A DNA stretch of 64,000 nucleotides from NCBI GenBank assembly GCA_017654855.1, contig CM030335.1, positions 3,472,001 through 3,536,000 of the forward strand. The letters run 5' to 3'. This stretch comes from Podospora anserina (lineage: Eukaryota). Under the pieces are notes generated by a model. That model made no database searches and was not told where the DNA came from. It saw nothing but the letters and a program-made list of their open reading frames with translations. Of the stretch, positions 1-11,715 are shown one piece after another. Position numbers and translations under genes: made by a program. The stretch's first letter is position 1, and each line of letters starts with the position of its first letter.

Positions 1-1
1 T

Positions 2-145
2 GGATTCATTCGGATCTACAAGGCCGAGCAAAACGTGCCTCCTGTCACCACAACTTCAACCGCCGGCACTGTCAGTTCGACGAGCACATCTACTTCTGGC
101 GCGAAGCGTAACTTAGATGCTATCAAAAACATGGGTATATTCTAG
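2..145 (+). CDS. 3' end of a gene entering from the left (Ser/Thr-rich C-terminus), product unknown
   Basis: Open frame from base 2, GFIRIYKAEQNVPPVTTTSTAGTVSSTSTSTSGAKRNLDAIKNMGIF, ending at TAG 143-145; coding-like composition. Confidence 0.4.
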   Translation, partial: GFIRIYKAEQNVPPVTTTSTAGTVSSTSTSTSGAKRNLDAIKNMGIF

Positions 146-1214
146 ACGCGAGGTACTCAGTTGATTGATATGGCTTCACGACGGATAATGGCAAAATGTT
201 GAGGTTAGGGGTGATTTGTCCAGGTACTCTGCTACCATGTACCTTAGGTTTAGATATCTTAGCTAGCTCTTTTCTTGGGTACATAGCAATTCGAAGACCA
301 AGATTGATATTACCAGGCATCATTTGTGAATCTGCCGCTTTGTGTCATGTTCGCCAGGTTGCTGGAAGACACTCATGGACCGACACAGGGAAAAGTCTCC
401 ACCCCTTGCCATTGATGTCTCCGGTTTGCGCGCCTATTGTGTCCCTTCACCGTTCTTCCCAACAGCACCTAATGGGACACCGAACATGTCTTGGCACCCG
501 ACAGGCTCCAACATAGGAAGTCTTTTGGTTATCCTGAACCTCGGTCGTCCGAGCCCTCCATAGACATAGTGTGGCACAGCCGATGGAATATAGCACTATA
601 CCTTTCCCCCGCCAGTGGAATGTAACATTAGACGTGATGCATTAGGCGGTGCGCTGCGCCACCTGAACATGCGGGACTCGTTTGGTAATCTCGGCCCGCA
701 ACAAGCAAGTATACACTTCCAAGTTCCAGCCATGTGATTGTAACTTCGGCCGGTATGTTGCCTACCGCTACCCTGGCTATAATTTTCGCCTTGATGGTTG
801 TTGGGTCAGCGCAACACTGAGGACTAAGCCTCGCCTTCACATACCTTACACTTTATTGATGAGACTCGCTTCGAAGATTGCTACCTTATAGGCCCAAACC
901 TCCTTGGCACCCTCTTCACAGAATAGTTGGCACCGCAAATAAAGAACCCCATCTTAAACGGTGAACTATGCCTCAAGGTCGAGTGCAAACTCTATTGCGG
1001 AGCACAACAGTGGTATTATAGAAGGCCAGTGCTATAAATACAGAAGGTCACCCACTATTACTCTGTTATACAGCGCTGTAAAGCGCTGGAGCCTATGCAG
1101 ACCCAGAAGTGAGGTACAAGCACCGTGTCACGAGTTTCCGCTGCACCGTGAGCACCAAAGTGCATTACTACTACAAGGCCTTGAGGCTTGTATATGGGAC
1201 CTTAACCTTTCAAT

Positions 1215-1400
1215 ATAAATTAAGTAAGGTAATTAACCAAATGATCGAGGATAAAAGATTAATAGAAATTTGAAAAATATTAAATAAATTAATTTTAAAA
1301 AAATGTAAATAACAATTTAAATGACTATCAAAATAATATTTAAAGTTAATCAACAATTATATAATATAGATTCAACCCTTTTTTGAGTGCCAATTATTTT
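1215..1400. other. Sharply bounded, very AT-rich island (RIP relic or organellar/plasmid-derived insertion)
   Basis: Runs such as aaaaatattaaataaattaattttaaaaaaatgtaaataacaatttaaatg contrast with flanks of roughly balanced GC. Confidence 0.5.
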
Positions 1401-1955
1401 GTGGTGAGAGTGCTTAGGTCCCTACATCGTGTAAGCTCGACAGCAGAGACGCAAGTCTCATGAATTAATAGCTAGCCAAGAAGCTAGGGTCATCGAATAC
1501 TTTGTGAACGGCCGAGAAAAGCTACGAGGGTGGTACTGTTACTTCACTACAAAGTATCGTACCTATCTACCAGTGTTCCGTCCTGATACAACGATGCTGG
1601 CCCCATGTGAACCTGCATGGGTCTTGTGTCCAACTGCCCAACCTAAATGCAATGCAGGTACGGCTTCGCAAGGATCACACATCCACTGCTACGGTAAACA
1701 GATGTTGGCTTTTGGCGAGGCTCGAGGCCCAGGCAACCACCACGAATATTTTCACGTTCTTGTTGAGTTAACGTTGCAGCGGTCAGGCTGAGCAGGCTTA
1801 CGCTGTAGTTAGTCTCTCGCCAATACAACCATTCCTGTTCCGCCAGCCTATATAGCAAGTCAGATCCCTCTGCAATCTGGACCCGAAGAGTGGTTCACCA
1901 GGCTTACGCTTTAATCCGAGTCCCTCCGGCCGCCATCCATCCATTGCAGATCACC

Positions 1956-3391
1956 ATGTTGTCCTCGACATCCACCCTTGTCCTCCTTGGCGGTCTTTTC
2001 TCGGCTGTGGCCGCTGGAAAACCTGCCTCTGTGGTAAAGGCTCGCGACGGCCTCACGCCGTCGCTTCCCTATGACCCAAACACGACAAGCCAGTGTTTTT
2101 GGTGGGCTGATATCACCTCAGCCACCACCTGCGACACCATTGTCAGGGACAACTACATCACCCTGGAAGAACTGAGGCGCTGGGTAAGAAATCTGCAGTG
2201 CTAGCTAGACCAAATCTGACCGGAGTCACTTACCATATCCTTTAGAACCCATCGCTTGCTAGCACATCAGGCTGTACCTTGCAGGTCGGAAGGTCGTACT
2301 GCGTTGAGGCCATTGATGACTCGGAGCCTTCGCCAGGACCCTCGTCGACCTCAACCTCGAGCACGAGCGTGTCTTCTGCCTTAAGTTCCAGTTCCAGCAC
2401 TGTCGTTGTGACCACCTCCACTTCCTCTTCATCTACTGTCGCTCCCCCAGTAACAACCACGAAGCCCGGAAATGGTATCACCACGCCTACCCCCACGCAG
2501 GCCACCATTGTTGACAACTGTGACGCTTTCCACTTTGTCACGGCCGGCCAGACCTGCGAGGTGGTTGCTTCGCTCTACCGGATCTCTCAGGATCAGTTCA
2601 AAGCGTGGAACCCCAGCGTGGGTGCTTCTTGCACCGGACTGTGGGCTAATGCTTACGCTTGTGTATCCATCATCGGCCATGAGCCGTCGCCCACCACACC
2701 CGGCAACGGCATCACCACCCCTACCCCAACTCAGGCCACCATTGCCAACAACTGCGATGAGTTCTATTTCGTCGCGAGCGGTGACACTTGCGAGAGTGTA
2801 GCAGCAAAGCACGGCATCACCCAGGCTCAGTTCCTCAGCTGGAACCCAAGCGTAGGCTCAACCTGCACTGGACTCTGGGCCAATGCCTACGCCTGCGTCT
2901 CCATCATCGGCCACACCCCTACCAAGCCTACCACCACCACTAGCGCCGGCAATGGCATCGCCACCCCTACCCCTATCCAACCCAACATGGTCAAGAACTG
3001 CGATCTTTTCTACAAGGTCAAGTCGGGAGACACCTGTGCCGCTATCGCCGCGTCAAAGGGAATCACCGTGGCCCAGTTTACCTCTTGGAATCCCTATGTT
3101 GGGTCTGGCTGCACTCTCTTGTGGTTGGATTATTATGTTTGCATCTCCATTGTTGGACACACCCCCACGCCTGTCAACCCGGGCAATGGTATTCAGACGC
3201 CTACCCCGTATCAGGATGGAATGACTAGCTCGTGCAAGACCTTCCACTTTGTCCAGTCTGGCCAGACTTGCCAGACCATCACTCAGCGCTACGGGATTAC
3301 TCAGGCAAACTTTGTGAGGTGGAATCCGGCTGTTAGGAACGACTGCACTGGCATGTGGGCCAATGCCTATGTCTGTGTTGCTGTTTTGTAG
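1956..3391 (+). CDS. Secreted multi-LysM chitin-binding protein (5 Cys-containing fungal-type LysM domains), about 457 aa
   Basis: ATG 1956 with signal peptide MLSSTSTLVLLGGLFSAVAA. Intron 2184-2245 (GTAAGA...TTTAG) joins W to NPSL. Repeated C..F..V..G.TC..(I/V)A....I....F..WNP.VG..C..LW...Y.CV modules are separated by TPTPTQ linkers. Confidence 0.93.
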
Positions 3392-4094
3392 ATAGGGGGT
3401 CGACGTGTAGATGTGTTAGGGATAGGGTCTGGCTCAATCTGGGGAATAGATCTCTTGTAACGCAGTTAGGTAGATATCCAAAGGTCCTCATGTAATTAGT
3501 TTTGAACAATCGAACTGTGAAAGACAAGGGTCCAAAAGGAGCCAGCCAACGGCCATAATACTGAGAAGCACTGTGGTCAACGATGTGATTTGAGACCTGT
3601 TTGTGAGATATCTAGGACTTACATGAGGAGGGTGATGGCTGAATATATACAGGATGCCCCTGAATACCTCAGAGACACAGTATGACCTGGGGGCAACGAC
3701 CCTGCTTTCAAATACACGCAAGCTTTCGGTACAGACTACTCCTACTATTTAGTATCGACTCCACCCTGTTTCGTTGCCTGCGACAGCCGTCTTTCAAATG
3801 ACCTGCACGCTTTCCGAGCTGCATAAGACCCGTGTGACCCTCCCGGCCTTGCCCTTGTTAGCTGCTCTGGTTCGACCGACGGAATAGTTGAGTTGTCATT
3901 GCGTGCAGTACTCTGCACTCCGCCACAGCAGGCAGCCCAGAGTCAGTGGCACTGGGAACCCCCGCTCTTTTCTTCCCGACAACCCCGTTAGATTCGAAGA
4001 CTGTCTTCTGCATCTATCATCCCGCATCGACTCTTGCTAAAGATTTTCAAGCTACCCACTTTACCTTGCATCATCGCGCACTTTCTTTGGCATC

Positions 4095-7000
4095 ATGGCC
4101 GACGCTGGCCGTTAGTGGCCTGGCCGCTAGTATTATTTCACTCGGTATTCAGGTTGGTGGCGGCATTATCAAGTATCTCGATGCGATTTAAAGCACGGGA
4201 TGAAAATATCGGTACGCGAATTTTATGGACGCCATGGTTGATCGAAACATGAATCTCTAACCCAATTTGTTAGCCTGTATTCGGCGGCTTGTTGACAGTC
4301 TTACGGAGAACTTGCGAATTCTCGAAGGGTGCTCGACATCCCTTGAACCAAGCTACCCGGTTCCAACAACGGCCTTGATGCGTAATCTCACGAATGTTGC
4401 GGCAGAGCTGAAATCTTCAGAGGAGCTTCTTGCCCATTTCACTACGCATGGCCAATCATCGAAGCGACAGGACACGATCGAGCGTTCTATGACCTATCCT
4501 TTGGAGCGCTCAAAGCTCACGCAGCTGCTGGATCGTCTGCTTCCAGTCAGCCAAGCCTTGAATCTCGCGGCACAGACCTTGGGGCTGTAAGTAATCGACC
4601 GCTCATTCCTTAGTGCTTAGTATTTGAGGCACTGACATCAATTGTAATAGGCAAGTCTCCGGCTTCATTTCGAGCAAGCTGGCGGATGTCGAGTCCAACA
4701 CCCATGCCAATTCCTCCAAACAAGATGCAATTCAATCTCAAGTTCTGGCTCTCAACGTTTCCATCAATGATGGGAAGGCTGCACTGAGCTCGGCGGTTTC
4801 ATCGATTCGTGACAGCAACCATGATCTTGGCAATCGTATTCAGGATTCCCATTGTCAACAGGCCGCGAATCACCTCCAAGTCACAGACCAACTGCTTGCC
4901 ATTCAGAATTCGCAACACGTTTATGCCGACACCTTCGATGCCCTCAAGTCTCAAGCGACATCGCATCACATCGAGCTCATCGAGAAGCGTCAAGCCACAG
5001 CGCAGAGGCAAATCGAACTCGGGATTCAACTTCTTAATGAAGTCAGTCAACTGAGAGAGATCACTCGGAATTTCATCAAGGACCATGACAGCGGTAGTGT
5101 TAAGAAGGGCAAGAATGTATAGTGATCTGCCTTGCATGCGTGACAGGGTGGAGAAAACTGACCTCAACACCTAGACTACACTCCATCTTGCAGCCGACAC
5201 TACCATCCACCGACTTCTCTCGAAACCCAACGCCTTGAGAACCATCTGTGATTCGAGTTTGCCTTCTAGAAAAACACACAATCAAGTCTCAGACGGTGTG
5301 ACTTCGCATGGATCAACGTCAAACAGCCCAGGGTTTGAAGAACTCGTAAGCTCACTGTTAGCCGCAAGCTTGCAGTGCCAGTGTCGCCCGCGTACGTGGC
5401 GCATGCGAAAGGACTGGCAGTTTAGCCACTTTGGCTCTTTGTTCAAAATCATCGACGTTGAAGAGTCGCACTTTCGAGGTTGTTCCTTTAACAAATCATC
5501 ACGTCTTACAACACGGGAACGGCAAGTAGGTATCAGATTCACAGGCTTGAGACGACTTTGCCAAAAGGCCATACAGATGTCAGTTTCCTTGGCCTATGGA
5601 GCTGGTGGCTACAGTATGGGGAAGGCAGCCTCGACTTGGTTCCCCATGGTGGACGCCAGGATTGCACCAGCTTGGAGGATAGTGGGAGTATTGGCGTCTT
5701 TGGCAGCGCATTTGCTCGAACCTCGGATGTGGTCTGAAACAACTTTAATGCGGTGGAAAGCTTTTGCCGCATTAGCATTCGCTAAGATATTGTGGTTGTT
5801 TCGCACAAACGCAGCATCACCTTTGGACGTGAATGAGAATAACCAGTCATTGATTTGTGAACTCCTCGATAGCGTAAGTTTATATTTTCTTTACGTACGT
5901 GCGGGCCACAATGCAGACACTTTGCAATACGGTGTTAGCTCACATTCGCTTTTGTTTACCTAGATCGCTTGGGAATTCGGAAGTGATTGGAATTCTCAAA
6001 AAGAAGGCGTCAATCTTGAAGTTGCCCCCTCTTTAATTTGCTTCATCAAATCGTTACTCGACTCTGGAATCCTCCTAACAATGTACCTATATTCACCAAC
6101 TCTCAAAACCATAGGACCATCGATCAATCGCGTTTTGACTAACATACACCCAAAAAGGTCGCCGCTGGGTTCTTTCATCAACCATTTCAATTCTTCCTAC
6201 ACTCTTATATTCTCAGACATCATGGACCTGGTTATTTCCCAAATTCGGCCGAGGTAGTCACCAGTGATCAAATCGATGAATTTCCTTCCAAGCTGGTCGG
6301 TTTCCCGATCCGTGGCTCGGTGTTTAGAGCTGCCGTGGTGCTCACCCCATATGGGAGAAGGTGGGTACCTTATTTCCGTACCTCCGTGAGCAGACTAGGT
6401 GTCTTTGAGAAAATCTAAGCAAAAGAAGTGTTCAAGCAGCAGAAGAAATTTGATATGCCTAGGTACTGACTGACTGTTGTAGTCTTGGGTTGCAACGCAC
6501 TGAGCGAAGCCATCATCACCGATAACGTACACCAGGTTGAACTTTTTGCGACCCAGTACCTTTATATGCTAAGGGAATATAACGTCTTGGGCCAAACTCC
6601 ATTTCATCTCGCTGTTGGCAATCCGGAATGTTTACGTTTACTACTCGCTGCAACAAAAGAAACGTCGCTTTTCGATGAGATAGACAACCACGGTCAGACG
6701 CCACTAGCATGTGCCCTTTACCTTAGCGGTAGAAAGTGCAAAAATCGCACTGCACCATCTCAATGTACCGATCGCATTTGTTCCCAATCAGTACTTCTTC
6801 TCCTGGAAGCCGGGGCATCGCTTCATCTTTTCCGGGACGGTGGCCCAAGCCGACTAGGCCAAACATATTATTTGCAAGGCTTCCTATCACAGACCTCTGA
6901 GCGAGGAAAATGGACTTATGCAGAATATGTCAAGCGGCAGAGAGAAGTCCTGAAGACTTTTGCGCTTCAGTCTCTTCCGCGCAGCAAGTGGGATGTTTTG

Positions 7001-8230
7001 GGCCTCACCAATCCTAATGTCCTGGACGTCAAGATTCCAGCTGTGGTCCAAGCCCTTAACGAACAGGGCACCGAGATACCTGATTTCGCGGAAAACTTCA
7101 AAACTGGCACCTACGAAGACCCGGGATACTACTTATCGTTGTATATGCTGCTAGGCAATCCTCACGACGCCGATATTTTCTGGGATCTCGGCTTTAGGGA
7201 TACATGCTTGCCATTGTTTCCAGGCTACGGGCATGACGGCTACAATTCACTCGACTATCTGTGCTGGCTTCATAACCACGGGGTAAATTTTCATTCACCT
7301 ATTATTGGTCCCTCTCTCGATGGCAGGATTTCTTTCCGTGCACATTTGGTGCTCTATGAGCTTGGATACTCACTCTCGTTTGACGATTCGCGGGTCGGAT
7401 TTGGTAATAAGCACTGGTTTCACCACATTCTCACCAACGTACCATCTGAGTCGACTCTTTCCAGAGACAATTGCCAATGTCGCTGTACCCGCCAAGGCTG
7501 CACATCTCTGACCTTTCTGTTAAAGGGTTTTCACGCTCGTACGATCCGTCCACTTCCCGTTGGCTCCCCTCCCATCACTTTCCTGCGACATTCGGAAGGA
7601 ATTTTTGAGAGGGCTCAGCACCAGGAGGTTCTCCGGTTTGTGACCTTCCAGGCCTTTCAACTACCACACACTTGCTGTTATCCACGCCATGATTGCCTTT
7701 GCCATGTACCATACCCATTAAACTCAAGCCCTTCGAGTTCTTGTCAGGACGGCAGATGCAGGTGGAAGCCACAATGCTCAGAAGAGTTATCTGAAATTGA
7801 AGCCGAACATCGTTTTGAATTCGCTTGCTTCGAGAAACTTCTTGGTGAGCTCGAAACGGAACTTGAAATGATACTTGAGAATCCCAAAAAGAGCAATGAG
7901 GATATCCTTAATTTTTGGCAAATGGTCTAAGAACCCAGAATTATCAACGCCTTGGAGCAGCTCAACGGGAATAACTTGACAGATGATGAAATCCCAAGGG
8001 GGGAAAGTCTTGGTGTAGTGTGGGGTCCAGAACCTAACACAGAGATGTATGGCTGGGACCGAGACACCAATCCTTACGAGCATGATCAGTTTTCTGAGAC
8101 TATGGATTATTGGTTCTACAATCTAGATCGTTTAGTTCCAGAGGTTCCCTGGACAGGATATAGTCGGTCGCCTCAACATGATATTGAAGAGTGGAACAAG
8201 GATAGAAAGGCCAAGGAAGGGTTGAAGTAA
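4095..8230 (+). pseudogene. Degenerate gene: HeLo-like/SesA-type fungal N-terminal domain, ankyrin repeats and Cys-rich C-terminal domain
   Basis: The N-terminus MAD-LAVSGLAASIISLGIQVGGGIIKYLDAI-KARDENI needs frameshifts near 4104 and 4189. YPLERSKL...LNLAAQTLGL motif, introns 4212-4273 and about 4587-4650, and ankyrin motifs GQTPFHLAV and GQTPLACA are present. The CQCRCTRQGC and LRFVTFQAFQLPHTCC motifs follow. Further frame breaks occur at about 6240-6360, plus an in-frame TAA at 7928-7930. Confidence 0.7.
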
Positions 8231-9337
8231 CTGTTGTTGTTGACGCGCAGAGTTAAAACATGTATCCAGCAAGAGCTAAAATTTTCAGGGTCATAACCTT
8301 GGGTATCACGAGAGACGCAAAACAGAATGTTAGAGCTTTCTATCTACTCACTTGACCAACGACGATCTACTGTGAATATGTGAGGCATGAAGAAGGTTAC
8401 CAGTCCTCGCCGGGTTCGCAAAGCCCATGTTCAAGGGCCTCCGGATACCAAGAGGTACCTAAGTAGGTAACTCAGTGTAATACGCGGTAACTTTCCCGAA
8501 CATTCCGCAGTACGTAATAGAGACTCTTCTAGTTTGTCTTGGGTTGTTTCCCTAGCATTCGCTTCCCAAAGATCCTGCAGCAGGCATTCCATTCTATGCA
8601 ACATGACAGATCTTGGCCTTGAGAATTCTGCCCCACGCTCTGCCTCGAGCTCGAAACTAAACGTAACAAGTGCAAAAAACTCGCGATGATAGCCACGTGT
8701 AGAAAGCAATACTACAATACCCTCTAGCTTTAACCACAGTTCCGGTATACACTCCCAAAAATTCCTGGGTTGGCACTCGCGAACAATTCTCGAGCAATGC
8801 TAACAAGGCAAACTTGGAAATAATGATCGATGCTGCTCTGTGGCTTAATTCATGTATTTACTTGTCTTAAACAGTTTTGTGACCGGTTGGGTCACCCACC
8901 CGGCAACAACAATCAATGACTAGGAAACAACAGTCAAAAACTTGGATGTAACCCTAAGGTACCTTTGCCTTACCCTCTGTATGTATATATTCGGCTCTGG
9001 TACATTTTGGACACCATAAATGTATTCTTGGCTATCCATCTATACCTGACAGCCACCCGCCATGTAACTTGAGGAATTCGATAGCCTCACTTCCAGCTGT
9101 ACACATGATGCCATCTTCTCTTTGGCCTCCTTGGCTTGTTACACAGCCAACTTCAACACCACATTATGTCTGGTTACGGGCATCTGAATTGTCCGGCTCA
9201 ATACCGACTTCGGAGAAAGAACCAAGCGAAGATAAATACCTGGCAAATAGCCATCACCTTCAGCTGCCAAGTCATCCCTCAGTATCCTTCATCATCTCTC
9301 TCCATCCTGTCCCAAAAGGCAACCTTCAGCCACAACC

Positions 9338-9790
9338 ATGAAGCTCACCACCCTCGTCCTCCTCGCTACCGGCGCTCTCGCCCTTCCCAACCCTATCCCT
9401 GCCCCTGAGGCCGCTTTTGAGGTCGTCAACATCACCGAGCGCGACATCGAGCCCCGCGCTGCATACTGGTAAGCGCCTTTTCCTATCCTCTCCTCTTTTC
9501 CACCCCAATCAACTAACCATACATCTTCAAGGACTTGGACCCCCTACAACGGCGCGTCCTCCTGCACCGGCACCCCCACAGCAGGCGGCGTGGTGGGCTA
9601 CTCCAGCTCCCCCTGCCGCAACCAATACGGTGCCATCTCCCGCGTCAAGATCACGTCCGACTTCTGCACCGTCACCGCCTACAACAGCCCCAACTGCCCC
9701 AGCCGCGAGTTCGGTACCACCTACGGCTATGGCACCAACATTTGCGCTGGCGGAGTGGCATATCAGAGCTTCAAGGTCAACTGCGTTTGA
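9338..9790 (+). CDS. Small secreted cysteine-rich protein (129 aa; signal peptide, propeptide ending IEPR, 6-Cys mature domain)
   Basis: ATG 9338 MKLTTLVLLATGALA. Intron 9469-9531 (GTAAGC...CTAAC...AAG). Mature part AAYWTWTPYNGASSC...CTVTAYNSPNCPSREFGTTYGYGTNICAGGVAYQSFKVNCV*. Confidence 0.88.
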
Positions 9791-9908
9791 GAGATAGACA
9801 TATGGCAAACCATAATGATAGCACATGATAGATGGAACGTTCATATCCAACTCAAATACCCAACTATTTACCATTCGTATATGTATTGCTCGTGCCAACC
9901 TCCTCCCC

Positions 9909-11715
9909 TTAATCACTCCTAGGCCTCAACCTACAATTAACCCCCTTCGTCCTGTAAAACCACCGACTGCTATACCACCAAACCTCATTCGGGTCCTCCA
10001 GCTCAATGTCAAACGTCGACAGCAACGTAGGCACAAGCTTGTACACCTCCATCATACTCAAGTTCCTCCCAAGGCAGATCCTAGACCCACCACCAAATTG
10101 AAGCATGGCTTGATTCCACAGCTGCATCCTTTCCTTGTACTGCTCGTCATTCTCCCCATCCCGCTGCAGCCACCGGTCAGGGTAAAAGTCATCGGCGTTC
10201 TCACCAAAGACCTTCTTGTTACGACCGACAATGTAAGGGTTCATACCGACCATTTGGCCACCTGGGACGACAGAGCCATCAGGGAGGACGAGGCCACCTT
10301 CGGGGACGATGCGCTCCATGATCATGGAAACAGCAGGGTGGTAACGGAGTGTTTCGTTGACAACGGCATCCAAGTAGGGGAGGGCACGGGCTTTGCTGTG
10401 GGCCGCGGGTTCGAAGGCCTTGAAGACAGAGCGGACTTCGGATTCGAGCTTTTTCCACACACGCTGGTCCTTGAGGGTGTAGTAGAAGAGGGCGCGCAGC
10501 GTGATGGCTGTGGTGTCGGCACCGGCGATCACTGTGGGGTAGATCGTGTTAGCATCGAATTTCAAGGCAAGGTACATGACATGGGAGCGAGTGGAGACAT
10601 ACAGTTCAAAAGAAGATAACCAATAATCTTGCCCTCGTCAACGATCTCCGGGTGGGTCGACTTGGACTCGATAAAGTACTGCAGGAAATCGGGCTTCTCG
10701 GGGTTGAACACCTTGTCTTCGCCCTTGAGACGGGCCGTCATCTTCTGGATGGCAATGTTGGTCACGTTGGAGATGTTGGGTGGGCCGAGAGGGTAGATGG
10801 GGTTCTTGTCGAGGATGTAGTCGGTCCAGGGCATTTGGCCGCAGAGAGCCAGATAGTCGATGGACTGGTCGGCAACAGCGAGGGTGCCATCAAAGTCGTA
10901 GCCCTTTTCCATGTAGCCGAACTTGGTGCTGAAGGTGACGATACCGAGGAAATCCCAGGCATCTGAGCGTGTTAGAGTATGTTCATAGCCAGAAAGGCGA
11001 TGGCGGGGTCCAGACTCACAGTATCCTAGCCAGTCGCCAAAGTTGCAGACCTTCCTGGGCTCAACAAAACGTTTCTTGAGGTGTTGGAGCAAGTCGGCCA
11101 CCACCTTGTCCATGTGTGCCTCCATAGCCAGCACGGCCGGGACCGAGTAGTGGCGCACAACAGGTCTCTTCAGTCTGGCATGCTCGACATTGTTGGTCTC
11201 GCTAAACATGTGGTAGGTGATCTTGCCATCGATGATGGAGCTGCTGTTTTTGTAGAAGTCGGACTTGACCCATTTGCCATCGGTGTTGTAGATGGTGCGA
11301 GAAAGCTCAGGGAAGTCAAGGTCCAGGAGATTTGGTCCTATCCTGACAATGGGGCCGTATTTCTCATGTAACTTCTTCATTGTCTGGGCATACTCGGCCC
11401 CGTAGACCTTGGATAACCGCCACAGATTTGTCCATCCTGGTCAAGACATGTCAGCTGTCATTCTGACGGGAACAATGACGTGCATTTGCTTGTGCTTGAG
11501 GGAGCCGACAAACCTGCTAAAAATGGCCCGGGATACTTCTTCAACGGTGAGGTCTGGTAGGCGACAAAGAACCACAAAAAGCAAGCGATGGAAGGGGCAA
11601 CCACCAGAAGGGTCAGCTTGCTGCTTTGAGCAGCGGTGAGGACAGTGTTCCAATCCCAGTCCAGCGTTGCGCCGGTTGGCACGGGGCCGCTGGCTGATGA
11701 CGAAGCTGAAGCCAT
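9909..11715 (-). CDS. Cytochrome P450 (pisatin-demethylase-like group)
   Basis: N-terminal TM plus PLKKYPGP, AGADTT I-helix, ETLR, PDRW and heme motif FGGGSRICLG; three introns join ORFs 11458-11898, 10562-11380 and 9909-10577. Confidence 0.93.

Noticed and set aside
621-1426. Possible solo LTR (TGTAAC...CTACA)
   Set aside because: No matching target-site duplication (TGGAA versus TCGTG), no second copy in the window and no transposon ORF.
8945-8960. TAACCCTAA telomere-like motif
   Set aside because: Only about 1.5 units, expected by chance.
9825-10619. 264-aa plus-strand ORF
   Set aside because: Antisense shadow of the P450 coding region.
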